A DNA stretch of 64,000 bases from Bacteriovoracaceae bacterium (GTDB taxonomy: Bacteria; Bdellovibrionota; Bacteriovoracia; Bacteriovoracales; Bacteriovoracaceae), in the NCBI GenBank assembly GCA_048270185.1, contig JBLWTJ010000001.1, forward strand, positions 800,001 to 864,000. The letters are read 5' to 3'. How positions within the stretch are numbered: the first letter of the stretch is position 1; every line of letters begins with the position of its first letter. Of the stretch, positions 1 through 9,805 are shown one piece after another. A program made the translations under genes and the position numbers. The notes below the pieces were generated by a model that saw only the letters and a program-made list of their open reading frames with translations, searched no databases and was not told the origin of the DNA.

Positions 1-1
1 C

Positions 2-1294
2 GATACAGTATTTAACGCTTTTTTAATCATTCCGATATTCTTTCTGTCTTGGCAGATGGCAACGCCACTTCTTTTACTCGTTCCAATATATGCTATTCTC
101 TATCGACAGCATCTTGGCAAGTTAAGACTTAAGAAACAATATTTCACAGAACTGAACTCAGAAAAAAATAACTTAACCAATGAACTCAAAAGAAGATCAG
201 AAGATATCTATCTGGAAAGTCTATTTCCAGTTTTTAACAAAAGACTTGCATCACTAACATCAAGATCTTGTTATAGTGGACATCAAAGTCAAATGCTTAT
301 TCATAAGCTTGAATTAGTCGCTTACTTGATGACGATAGCTGTTGGAATCTCTTCAATTGCTACAGGCCTTGTCCTTGTATGGAATCAAACACTTCCAATG
401 GGAAATTTCATGGCGATCATGCTAATCCTTTGGAAGATTTTATCTCCAGCACATCAATTATTAAATTCGAGACAAAGATTCGATACAATTAAGTATACAT
501 TTCAAAATCTACATCGCTTTTTTAGAGCAAAGAATGAGTCGAGAACTTATCATACACATGAAGATCTTCATGCTGATAATTTTGATATCCAATTCAAAGG
601 TGTTTGTTTTAGATATCCAGACTCTTTAGAGAATATATTTGTCGGTGTTGATATAAAAATCAAAAAAGGTGAAATCTATGGTGTTCATGCTGGAGCAGAA
701 TCAGGTAAGAATGCCTTTATAAAACTATTAAACAAAACCTATCTCCCACAATCTGGAGCGATTCATATAGGCGGAGTTGATCATCGTCAATACGATACAC
801 TTTTCTTAAGACATAAAATACTGACATTAAATCTTACTAACTCCTTACTTAACGATCTAAGTATTTATGAAAATATTAAATACATCAATCCATTAGCAAA
901 ACGTAAAGATATTCTCTTCAAGCTTGGTTTATTTGGAATCGGCGAGATGCTTGAAAATGAAGGAATTGATATTGATACTCCTCTTAGTGGTTCGACAAAG
1001 CTACGTGTATCAAATGAACTTTATTCAGCAATTGTACTGGCCATTCCATTCTGTACAGAAGTTAAGTTAGTTCTAATTGAAGATATTCCTACAAGTCTAA
1101 TAAATGAACAGCTTAAGTTATTAACAAAGTTCTTAAATCTATCTAAAGGCAACTTTGGCGTTGTTTTCTGTAGTGAGCACAAAGAGATATTAAAAGAAGC
1201 AGATAATATCATTTATATGGCACCTGGCTCTCAAGTCTTCTCAGGAAGCAAAGATAAATTAATACCAGCTCTTGAAGAGAGAGCTTTAGTTTAA
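2..1294 (+). CDS. Type I secretion ABC transporter (permease + NBD), 5'-truncated by window edge; degenerate ATPase motifs
   Basis: Frame is open from base 2; TM helices followed by NBD (IQFKGVCFRYP, PQSGAIHIGG); lies directly upstream of HlyD. Confidence 0.85.
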   Translation, partial: DTVFNAFLIIPIFFLSWQMATPLLLLVPIYAILYRQHLGKLRLKKQYFTELNSEKNNLTNELKRRSEDIYLESLFPVFNKRLASLTSRSCYSGHQSQMLIHKLELVAYLMTIAVGISSIATGLVLVWNQTLPMGNFMAIMLILWKILSPAHQLLNSRQRFDTIKYTFQNLHRFFRAKNESRTYHTHEDLHADNFDIQFKGVCFRYPDSLENIFVGVDIKIKKGEIYGVHAGAESGKNAFIKLLNKTYLPQSGAIHIGGVDHRQYDTLFLRHKILTLNLTNSLLNDLSIYENIKYINPLAKRKDILFKLGLFGIGEMLENEGIDIDTPLSGSTKLRVSNELYSAIVLAIPFCTEVKLVLIEDIPTSLINEQLKLLTKFLNLSKGNFGVVFCSEHKEILKEADNIIYMAPGSQVFSGSKDKLIPALEERALV

Positions 1295-1303
1295 GGAAGT
1301 GAT

Positions 1304-2674
1304 ATGAAAAAGAATCAAGATACAAAATCATTAAAAGATACATTAGATTATGTAAAGCAGAGTGACTATATATGTCAGGACTTATTACTTAAAGAGGCGC
1401 GCATTCCTCTCATCACAAAGTCAATTATCAAACTCTCTGTATTTACAATAGTAGGTTTTATAACCTGGTCGTCAATATCAACAGTGAATGAAGTCGTGAA
1501 GAGTAATGGAGAGATCACACCGATAAAGCATATTCAATCAATTCAACACGTCAAAGGAGGTGTTATTGAAGAGATCAATGTCATCGATGGCCAATTAGTT
1601 GCTTCAGGAGACATTCTCTATACTCTTTCAGGAGATAATGTAAAAAGCGAAAGAACGCGAGTTCTAGCAAAACTATACTCACTCTCACTGCAAAGAGAAA
1701 GACTACTTTCATTTATCGAAAAAAGAGAACCTTGCTTTGAAGAAATTGCACAACAACATAGTCAAAAATATGATTTACAAGGATCACCGCAAGTACAAAC
1801 AGATGATCTAAGAACAATGCAGGATTCACTAGAAAGTGAGAGGACTATTATTGAAGTACGTCTAAGAACAAAAATGGATGAAGCAGTTACCTATGAATCG
1901 ACTGTTAAAAACTCTCAGCGTAACTATGAGCTTGCAAAAGAAGCTTTAAAACTTCAAAAGAAACTTGTTAGAAATGATATTGCTCCAAAGGTTTCTCTTA
2001 CTCAAGTAGAGATGGAAAAGAATCGTTACGAGAATGAATATGTAACGGCAAGGACATTAAAAGCAAAGATTGATAATGAGATAATCGAATTACAAGAACG
2101 ACTTAAAAGCTTAAGTGCAAACAGCGCAGAAAGTGCATATGAGCGAATCTCACAAATTGATTTACTACTAGAAGAGAATGAAAAGATACTACAAGGAATC
2201 GAAAAGGTAGTTGAATCACTCAACATCAGAGCTCCTATTGCAGGAATTGTAAAAGGAGTAGAAATACAGACAATAGGTGGTGTTATTACTGCTGGTCAGA
2301 AAATCATGGAAATTGTACCTATTGATGGCCAAGTAAATGCCATTATAAAAATCATGCCACAAGACATAGGGCATGTTCAAATAGGTATGCCAGTCGACTT
2401 AAAAATTACTTCATATCAATACAATCGTTATGGAACGATCGTAGGTCAAATTGAATCAATCTCCCCTTCTACATTCTATTCAGATGGTGGTGCAAGCTAC
2501 TACCGTGCGATTGTACGACTATCTAAAAACCATGTCGGTGATGATGAAAAAAAGAACCTAGTATTACCAGGAATGACCGTTCAAGCAGATATTCTAACAT
2601 CACGAAAAAGTATCTTAGCCTATTTAATGAGACCTTTAACTGTTTCATTAGATTATGCATTAACAGAGAGGTAA
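1304..2674 (+). CDS. HlyD-family type I secretion membrane fusion protein
   Basis: N-terminal TM, IQHVKGGVIEEI, coiled coil, IRAPIAGIV, RYGTIVG, PGMTVQADI motifs. Confidence 0.93.
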   Translation: MKKNQDTKSLKDTLDYVKQSDYICQDLLLKEARIPLITKSIIKLSVFTIVGFITWSSISTVNEVVKSNGEITPIKHIQSIQHVKGGVIEEINVIDGQLVASGDILYTLSGDNVKSERTRVLAKLYSLSLQRERLLSFIEKREPCFEEIAQQHSQKYDLQGSPQVQTDDLRTMQDSLESERTIIEVRLRTKMDEAVTYESTVKNSQRNYELAKEALKLQKKLVRNDIAPKVSLTQVEMEKNRYENEYVTARTLKAKIDNEIIELQERLKSLSANSAESAYERISQIDLLLEENEKILQGIEKVVESLNIRAPIAGIVKGVEIQTIGGVITAGQKIMEIVPIDGQVNAIIKIMPQDIGHVQIGMPVDLKITSYQYNRYGTIVGQIESISPSTFYSDGGASYYRAIVRLSKNHVGDDEKKNLVLPGMTVQADILTSRKSILAYLMRPLTVSLDYALTER

Positions 2675-2676
2675 TT

Positions 2677-3666
2677 ATGTTTAAGAGATTACAACAAGCA
2701 GTAAATAATGAAACAACTGAAGTCATTGATAATGAAACACAAGCTACTGTACCTCAAGTAAAAAATGAGCAGCAGGCCAGAGTTCTTGTGGTCAGTGCTA
2801 ATAAAACAATTACAGATCGTCTTAGTCTGATACTTGGAGATACATATGAAGTAGAGCATCGAAAAAACTTGGCAATGGTATTTCAGCTTTTTGCAGATGT
2901 TAAAGCAAAGAATATTGATCTCATAATTTACTATGATAGCAATACTAAGAAAGACCTCTCAATCTTATCAATGATGAGAAAGTATCCTAGATTCTCTAAC
3001 GTTCCAATAATTGTTTTGGCCCAGGAAATAAATGAAAAGAGAAGAAATCATTACTTAGAGAATGACTTAAATGACTACATTGATATGCAGAGTTTCTCCC
3101 ATATTAAGCAACTAGTTAATTCAAAAATCAAGTTACAATCTAAAATAAACTCAATTATCAATTATTCACTAAATCACAATAGTGGACTCGATATTGTTTC
3201 AAATGCCCAAATTCAAATTAGGTCACTAGCAGATGTTGCGGGCTGTGCGAGAACTCTAAAACTATTCACTAATGCAACAATTACTCAAGAGCGTGCCTAT
3301 TTTGAGATCATTCTAAACTCACTAGAGCATGGACAACTTGGCATTGATAAAGAAAAGAGACAAAAAACAAAAGACGAAAACGATTACGAAAATTATTTAG
3401 ATATTTTATGTAATCGTAATAAAGAACCAATCATTGTTACCTACGAAAAACTTGAAGATAGTTATCGCATTACAGTCATTGATGGAGGGGATGGTTTTGA
3501 ATACAAGAAATATTTGAAAACGAATCTAAGTGATTCATTAAAGGATTCACAAAAAGGTATCGCAATCGCTAATAGTACAAAAGGTATTGAACTTAAGTAC
3601 AAAGACCAAGGAAATATTGTTGAAATCAATATTCCTCATCAGGAAAAATTCAAATTATGGCACTAA
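2677..3666 (+). CDS. Atypical receiver domain fused to RsbW-like HATPase (anti-sigma/Ser kinase-like)
   Basis: Receiver-like RVLVV..DLII..VPIIVL; C-terminal EIILNSLEHG, VIDGGDGF, KGIAI. Confidence 0.7.
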   Translation: MFKRLQQAVNNETTEVIDNETQATVPQVKNEQQARVLVVSANKTITDRLSLILGDTYEVEHRKNLAMVFQLFADVKAKNIDLIIYYDSNTKKDLSILSMMRKYPRFSNVPIIVLAQEINEKRRNHYLENDLNDYIDMQSFSHIKQLVNSKIKLQSKINSIINYSLNHNSGLDIVSNAQIQIRSLADVAGCARTLKLFTNATITQERAYFEIILNSLEHGQLGIDKEKRQKTKDENDYENYLDILCNRNKEPIIVTYEKLEDSYRITVIDGGDGFEYKKYLKTNLSDSLKDSQKGIAIANSTKGIELKYKDQGNIVEINIPHQEKFKLWH

Positions 3667-3785
3667 AAGACTAGAAGAGAAATAATGCTAAACACCTACA
3701 AACCTTTGAGCATACTGTACCAAAGGCCAAGCAAGATCTTGACAGAGAATATCCAGAACTCGAGCTAAGAGGTGCCCTCTATAAA

Positions 3786-3819
3786 GAAAAAGGCCCTCGC
3801 ACAGAATGAGGAGGGCCAA
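3786..3819 (-). terminator. Intrinsic terminator of the S8 peptidase gene
   Basis: ggccctc (3792-3798) / gagggcc (3811-3817) stem followed by a T-run on the minus strand. Confidence 0.6.
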
Positions 3820-3824
3820 TAATA

Positions 3825-5150
3825 TTATAAATTATTAATAGCTGTGTAGAGATCAACGACTCCACCAGTAACGATATCCCCTTCCATCGATGACTTCTTT
3901 GTCACTGAATCCATGAGGATTTGCTTTAACTCAGCTGAAGTTAAAGATGGGTTATGTGAAAGGATTTCAGCAGCAACACCAGAAGTATTTGGCGAGGCCA
4001 TTGAAGTTCCAGACATATTTCCATAACGATTCCCCGGAGTCGTTGAATAAATCGATGATCCTGGAGCGGCCACGTCTACATTCTTAATTCCATAATTTGA
4101 AAAATAAGAAAACCTACCCGACTTTGTCGAAGAAGCGATTACAATCATCCCCTGTGTTTCAAAAGAAGCTGGGTACGTTAATCTCTTATCGATATCACGA
4201 GAGCTATTTCCTGCACTTGTAACAACAAGCACATTATAAGTTTCAGAGATATAATTAATCGTATCTTCGACTAATGAACCACCTTCATTATGTGATTTTC
4301 CAAATGAACAATTTATAATACGAGCTCCGTTCTTTGCAGCGTAGAGAAAACTTTCTGCCACATCAACATCTGTCTCATCGCCGTTATTAGGAACAGTTCT
4401 AATCCCCATAATTCTTACGTTTGAAGCAACACCGGCAATTCCAATTCCATTATTCTGCTTGGCCGCAATCGTTCCTGAGACGTGAGTTCCGTGAGAGTGT
4501 CCATCCATAATCTCAGCCGTTGCGTTTCCATCAGCATCACGAACGAGAGTATTAATTCCATGAACATCGTCAATATATCCATTTCCATCGTCATCAATTC
4601 CGTTGCCTGGAATTTCACCTTCGTTGACCCACATAACATCTTTTAGATCTTCGTGATTATAGTCAACTCCTGTATCGACAACGGCAACAATGATTGGTGC
4701 TGAGTTCTTAGCGAATCCAAATTCTTCATAAGTCTTTGTTACACTCATTCCATGACGATCACTATCTTTAAAGGCCCACAAGCTCGAAAGTTTTGGGTCA
4801 TTTAAAGTTCCCATTTTCGACTTTTCAAAAGTACGACGAACCTTTTCAACACCAGTTGGTGTTGGAAGTGCCTCTGACTTAGCATATGTATCAAAGTTGG
4901 CCGACTGTACCTGAGGAAGAGCTCTCACTTCATCAATTAACTTCAAGTCACCATTTGTTTGAAGAATATAATAGTCTCCAAAGAAATGACGTGCGCTTTT
5001 AACTCCGGAAATTTCCGGTAGTGATTTAGCTGAATGAAGTTTAACGATAAGACGATTTGGATTTACATTCTGCGACATTCCCTTGGCAGAGATGTTAAGA
5101 ATGAAACCGATAATAATTAGGACGGTTCCGATAAAGAGTGATCGATTCAT
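3825..5150 (-). CDS. Secreted subtilisin-like S8 serine peptidase
   Basis: Signal peptide; catalytic motifs VVDTG, HGTHVSG, SGTSMASP; ATG at 5150 preferred (AAGGA upstream). Confidence 0.95.
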   Translation of the reverse strand: MNRSLFIGTVLIIIGFILNISAKGMSQNVNPNRLIVKLHSAKSLPEISGVKSARHFFGDYYILQTNGDLKLIDEVRALPQVQSANFDTYAKSEALPTPTGVEKVRRTFEKSKMGTLNDPKLSSLWAFKDSDRHGMSVTKTYEEFGFAKNSAPIIVAVVDTGVDYNHEDLKDVMWVNEGEIPGNGIDDDGNGYIDDVHGINTLVRDADGNATAEIMDGHSHGTHVSGTIAAKQNNGIGIAGVASNVRIMGIRTVPNNGDETDVDVAESFLYAAKNGARIINCSFGKSHNEGGSLVEDTINYISETYNVLVVTSAGNSSRDIDKRLTYPASFETQGMIVIASSTKSGRFSYFSNYGIKNVDVAAPGSSIYSTTPGNRYGNMSGTSMASPNTSGVAAEILSHNPSLTSAELKQILMDSVTKKSSMEGDIVTGGVVDLYTAINNL

Positions 5151-5292
5151 TTGCAATTCCTTTTGCTAATAAAATTTCAGTAAGTTAAGAGTATCGATAA
5201 AAATACAATATAGAAAATATCTTTTTCTTACTTTTACACTCGGACATCGGGGCAAATCCCCTTACTTAACTCGTCGCGCATACGCCGTTTTA

Positions 5293-5311
5293 ATGACAAA
5301 TCCATGACAAA
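5293..5311. promoter_or_regulatory. 11-bp-period direct repeat ATGACAAA-N3-ATGACAAA (OmpR/PhoB-type box)
   Basis: atgacaaa at 5293-5300 and 5304-5311 in the divergent protease/hem intergenic region. Confidence 0.5.
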
Positions 5312-5366
5312 AAAGTAAGTTAAGTATTGTAATTTACATACTCACTTTTAAACACAAGGATATATT

Positions 5367-6896
5367 TTGAAGTACATCATTGGAACACGTGGATCCCTAC
5401 TTGCACTCACTCAATGCAATCAAGTGAAAGATCAACTTGAGCAATTAACTGGAGATGAGTTCGAGCTTAAAATCATTAAAACTCAAGGGGACCAAATTGT
5501 TGATAAACCTCTTTGGCAACTTGAAGGTAAAGATTTTTTCACAAAGGAACTCGATGCGGCCCTACTTCAAGGTGAAATTGATCTTGTGGTTCACTCATAT
5601 AAAGACCTTGGAAGTGATCGACCTGAAGGAATTAAACTAGCGGCCATTACAAAGAGAGATTACGCCCACGATATTCTCTTCATTAAGGAAGAGACTGTAA
5701 GCAAACTTATGTGTAAGGAGCTAACTGAATTTTTCGTTGGAACATCTTCTCCAAGACGTATTACAAATATTGAAAGCTCACTTGGTGAGTACCTTCCCTA
5801 CGGTGACCATGTAAAAGTCACAACAAAAATGCTACGTGGAAATGTTAACTCTCGCCTACAAAAACTTGTGGATGGTAACTACGATGCTATTGTACTGGCC
5901 ATGCCTGGTATTGAGAGACTAGCAATCACTGAAAGTTCTCGTCTTGAATTAGAGAAACTTTTAAAAGATATGACATATATGGTGCTACCACATAGTCAAT
6001 TTCCAGCGGCGGCTTCTCAAGGAGCACTTGGAATTGAATGTCTTGCCAACCGCGATGATAACGGTGCTCTTGAAGAAAAACTTAAGCGCATCCAGCACAA
6101 AGATACTGTTAGCGAAGTAAGCCGAGAACGCCAGGCATTTGCAAGTTACGGTGGAGGTTGCCACCTTGCTGTTGGTATCAATGTTTCTAAGGTCGGCCCT
6201 TACTATGTTCATACTCACAAAGGAAAGGTAGATGACAAGGTTATCTATGAGAGACACCTTGAAGGTAGTTTTCCTAACCCAGACTCAAAAGAGAAGGCCT
6301 TCATTGGTTTACCTCATGCTGATCACAGAGAAGATGAATATATTTACTGTGAACTAATAAAAAAAGAATCCGTCTCTAATGCAAGAGTTCCAAATAACGA
6401 TCTACTCGTTTCTGCACGATACGCTACAGATCTTTTTAAGAATCATGGTAAAGCTGTTTACACTGCTGGCCTTCAAACATGGAAGCTTCTGGCCCAAAAT
6501 GGTCAATGGGTACATGGAAGTAGTGATAGCCTTGGTGAAGCATATCTTGATAAGTTACGTGATTCTCTTGCAATTCAAGTAATGAATGGACCAAAAGAAG
6601 ATTTAACTATTCTTACACACAAAGATTCGTACTCAGACTACGGCCAAATCTTTGCAGCATACAATAGAACGACAAAAGAAATTTCGGAAACATTTAAAAA
6701 TGAACTACTACAGTGCGATGTTTTCTATTGGACAAGCTTTTCTCAGTACAAAGCATATATCGAAGCAATGCCTGAGATTAAATCAAAGTTCCACGCTTGT
6801 GGACTAGGTAAAACGTTTGAACAACTTTCAAAAGAAGATATTACTGTTCGACCATTTGCCAGCATGAATGAATTTAAAACTTGGTTAAAGAAGTAA
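5367..6896 (+). CDS. hemC: Hydroxymethylbilane synthase with C-terminal HemD-like extension
   Basis: IGTRGSLLALTQ, FTKELD, VHSYKD, GTSSPRR, RGNVNSRL, GGGCHL; about 200 extra C-terminal aa. Confidence 0.93.
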   Translation: MKYIIGTRGSLLALTQCNQVKDQLEQLTGDEFELKIIKTQGDQIVDKPLWQLEGKDFFTKELDAALLQGEIDLVVHSYKDLGSDRPEGIKLAAITKRDYAHDILFIKEETVSKLMCKELTEFFVGTSSPRRITNIESSLGEYLPYGDHVKVTTKMLRGNVNSRLQKLVDGNYDAIVLAMPGIERLAITESSRLELEKLLKDMTYMVLPHSQFPAAASQGALGIECLANRDDNGALEEKLKRIQHKDTVSEVSRERQAFASYGGGCHLAVGINVSKVGPYYVHTHKGKVDDKVIYERHLEGSFPNPDSKEKAFIGLPHADHREDEYIYCELIKKESVSNARVPNNDLLVSARYATDLFKNHGKAVYTAGLQTWKLLAQNGQWVHGSSDSLGEAYLDKLRDSLAIQVMNGPKEDLTILTHKDSYSDYGQIFAAYNRTTKEISETFKNELLQCDVFYWTSFSQYKAYIEAMPEIKSKFHACGLGKTFEQLSKEDITVRPFASMNEFKTWLKK

Positions 6897-6919
6897 AAAG
6901 AAAAATAAGAGGAAATTAT

Positions 6920-8191
6920 ATGAGTAACCTACAAACAGAAATTTTTGAAAAAAGTAAGAAGATGGTGCCTGGAGGTGTACACTCTCCAGTTCGCTCTTTC
7001 AAAGGAATGACTTCAACACCAAAATTCTTTAAAAGTGCAGAAGGTGCATACTTCACAGATATTGAAGGTAAAGACTATATCGACTTTTGCATGAGCTTTG
7101 GGCCTCTTGTTCTAGGTCATCAAAATCCTAGTGTAAAAGAGAAATTGACTGAAGCCTTAGGGCGCGGCTGGAGCTACGGAGCTTGTGAACCATATTCAGT
7201 TGATCTTGCAGAGTACTTACTATCTCGCCTACCACATGTTGATCAAATTAGATTTGTAAACTCTGGGACAGAAGCCGTAATGACGGCCCTTCGTCTTGCA
7301 AGGGGTGTAACAAAGAGAAATAAAATCATTAAATTCAATGGTTGCTACCATGGACACGTGGATGCCATGTTAATCAAGGCCGGTTCAGGACTTGCTGGAG
7401 CTGCAGAGTCATCTTCACTTGGTGTACCAAAAGGCGTTGCAGACGATACACTAATTCTTGAACTTGAAGACCTTGAAGGTGTTAAGAAGTGTTTTGAAGA
7501 TCACAAGGATCAAATTGCAGCAATCATTGTTGAACCACTTCCAGCAAATAATGGTCTATTAATTCAAGACCAAGAATTCCTACAAGGTCTAAGAGATATT
7601 ACAAAGGCCAACGATGCTCTTTTAATCTTTGATGAAGTTATCTCGGGCTTCCGTGTTGCTTTTGGTGGTATGGCCGAGTTAACAGGAATCACACCAGACA
7701 TCGTAACTTACGGAAAGGTTATTGGAGGAGGACTTCCTGTTGGCGCCCTTGCAGCAAAGAAAGAAATCATGGAACACCTAGCTCCTGTTGGTGGAGTTTA
7801 CCAAGCTGGAACTCTAAGTGCTAACCCTCTGGCCATGGTTGGTGGACTTGAAACACTTAAGCAAATGACAAAAGAAAATTATCAAGTTCTTGAAGAGAAT
7901 ACTTTAAGAATGGTCAATATCTTTAAAAAGTGGCTAGCTGAATATAACGACGGTCAATTTTCAAATTACAATATTATCCACCACTCTTCTCTATTTTGGA
8001 TTGTTCCAGGAGATAAGATTAAATCTGTTGGAAATATTCCAGGTAATATTGGAGAAGACTTTGTTCCTCTATTTGAACTTTTACTTGAGAAAGGTATTTA
8101 TCTTTCTCCAAATGCTTATGAAGTTGGATTTGGCTCTCTTGCCCATGACGAAGAAGTGACAAAAGACTTAGAAAAGAGGCTTTGGTCATAA
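6920..8191 (+). CDS. hemL: Glutamate-1-semialdehyde 2,1-aminomutase
   Basis: PGGVHSPVRSF, NSGTEA, FDEVISGFR, GKVIGGGLP, YQAGTLSANP; ATG at 6920 after AGAGG. Confidence 0.96.
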   Translation: MSNLQTEIFEKSKKMVPGGVHSPVRSFKGMTSTPKFFKSAEGAYFTDIEGKDYIDFCMSFGPLVLGHQNPSVKEKLTEALGRGWSYGACEPYSVDLAEYLLSRLPHVDQIRFVNSGTEAVMTALRLARGVTKRNKIIKFNGCYHGHVDAMLIKAGSGLAGAAESSSLGVPKGVADDTLILELEDLEGVKKCFEDHKDQIAAIIVEPLPANNGLLIQDQEFLQGLRDITKANDALLIFDEVISGFRVAFGGMAELTGITPDIVTYGKVIGGGLPVGALAAKKEIMEHLAPVGGVYQAGTLSANPLAMVGGLETLKQMTKENYQVLEENTLRMVNIFKKWLAEYNDGQFSNYNIIHHSSLFWIVPGDKIKSVGNIPGNIGEDFVPLFELLLEKGIYLSPNAYEVGFGSLAHDEEVTKDLEKRLWS

Positions 8192-9097
8192 TTGGAACTT
8201 AAGAAATCATCTTCCCCATTCTTTATTATTTCGGCCCTAACGAGTGGCCTTATTGGTCTCTTTGGTCTTTGGTGGCTTTTTTTAATTTTTAAATTAAGCG
8301 ATCGACTCGCGAGCTTAAATATTACTGATGGCCCAAATATTGGCTCACTTATCAAGTGGGAAGGTACAGCGTTTCTTATTCTAATTCTCATTCTTGTTGG
8401 CTCTCATACTCTGCTCTACCTTAGAGATCAAAGAAAGAATCGCTCAATTGGAGCCTTCTTTGCAGGCCTAACTCATGAACTTAAAACACCACTAGCAAGC
8501 ATCAAGCTGCAAAGTGAAGTTATTAAGGACGAAGTTGAAAAAGTTGAAAATCCAAGACTTGAAAAGTTAACGAATCGACTAATAGAAGATACTCTAAGAC
8601 TTGAAATTCAAATGGATAAAATCCTACAACTCTCAAGAATTGAGCGTGATGGTAATTTAAACCCAACTGATGTTGATATTACTCATTTTATCCAGGGGAT
8701 TATCTCAGCAGGATATGCAACAAAACTTGATGTAAATTTATTAGGAAAGCCACAAACAAGTGTTCTCGCAGATGAGTTTGCACTGAGTATTATTTTTAAA
8801 AATCTTTTAGAAAATACAATATCTCATACAAGCTCTCGTGATGTAAGAATACAAATTACATCAGATCGAAATACTGCCACAATTTCCTACCATGACAATG
8901 GAAGTTTTAACGGGGATGTAAAGAAGCTTGGAAAATTGTTCTATAAACATGAGTCAACAAAAGGTTCAGGAATAGGTCTCTATCTCTCAAAGAAGCTCAT
9001 TGAAAAAATGAATGGAGCATTTGAAATAGACAATGGAAATGGCCTCACATTTACAATTAAGCTGCCTCTATCTGAACGAGGAGAATCCCGTGAGTAA
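8192..9097 (+). CDS. Two-TM sensor histidine kinase
   Basis: Two TM segments with a short loop, THELKTPL H-box, NLLEN, DNG, GSGIGL. Confidence 0.92.
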   Translation: MELKKSSSPFFIISALTSGLIGLFGLWWLFLIFKLSDRLASLNITDGPNIGSLIKWEGTAFLILILILVGSHTLLYLRDQRKNRSIGAFFAGLTHELKTPLASIKLQSEVIKDEVEKVENPRLEKLTNRLIEDTLRLEIQMDKILQLSRIERDGNLNPTDVDITHFIQGIISAGYATKLDVNLLGKPQTSVLADEFALSIIFKNLLENTISHTSSRDVRIQITSDRNTATISYHDNGSFNGDVKKLGKLFYKHESTKGSGIGLYLSKKLIEKMNGAFEIDNGNGLTFTIKLPLSERGESRE

Positions 9098-9788
9098 CTT
9101 TGGAAAGATCTTAGTTGTAGAAGATGACAATAACCTTGGAGATACACTCAGCGAATATCTAGCAGATGTTGGCCATGCTTGTAAACTTGCTAAATCTGTA
9201 AAGGATGCTCGCTACTATTTTGATGAGTTTAAGCCAAATATTATTCTGATGGATATTGGTCTTCCTGACGGTAATGGAATTGAGCTTGCAAAAGAATTTA
9301 GAAAAGCTCGTAAAGACTTTATCTTACTTTTTCTATCGGCTCTAAATGATCCTCAAACAAAGGTTGAAGGTTTTGAAGCAGGTGGAGAGGACTATATAAC
9401 AAAACCCTTTGCTCTCAAAGAACTTACAATTAGACTTGATCGACTTCTAAGTTTTAAAACAAACCTTGAATCCCTTGACGACGAGATCGCTATTGGCGAT
9501 TTAAAGATTTGGCCCAAACGATTTGAAGTTCAAGACGGTAATGGAAAAATTATTAATCTCACACAAAAAGAATGTGCAATTTTAGAAATACTACTTAAGA
9601 AAAAAAATCAGGCCATTGAGCGTGATTTAATCATCGATGAAGTCTGGGGGCAGGATAAGTTTCCTTCTCAAAGAACAGTCGATAACTATATTGTTAAACT
9701 TAGAAAATGGGCCGAGAGCGATGCTAAGAATTCCCTAGAAATTCAAAGTGTACGTGGAATCGGTTATAAATTGATCATCAAAGAGTGA
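9090..9788 (+). CDS. OmpR-family response regulator
   Basis: VVEDD, MDIGLPDGNG, KPF, winged-helix RTVDNYIVKLR, SVRGIGY; GTG start at 9090 after GAGGAG. Confidence 0.93.
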   Translation: MSNFGKILVVEDDNNLGDTLSEYLADVGHACKLAKSVKDARYYFDEFKPNIILMDIGLPDGNGIELAKEFRKARKDFILLFLSALNDPQTKVEGFEAGGEDYITKPFALKELTIRLDRLLSFKTNLESLDDEIAIGDLKIWPKRFEVQDGNGKIINLTQKECAILEILLKKKNQAIERDLIIDEVWGQDKFPSQRTVDNYIVKLRKWAESDAKNSLEIQSVRGIGYKLIIKE

Positions 9789-9805
9789 TTAAAAGGAATT
9801 AAAAG

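Noticed and set aside
6881..6919. Longer ORF-track starts for hemL (and likewise RR 9033 and ihfA 41578)
   Set aside because: Downstream starts have better RBS and match family N-termini
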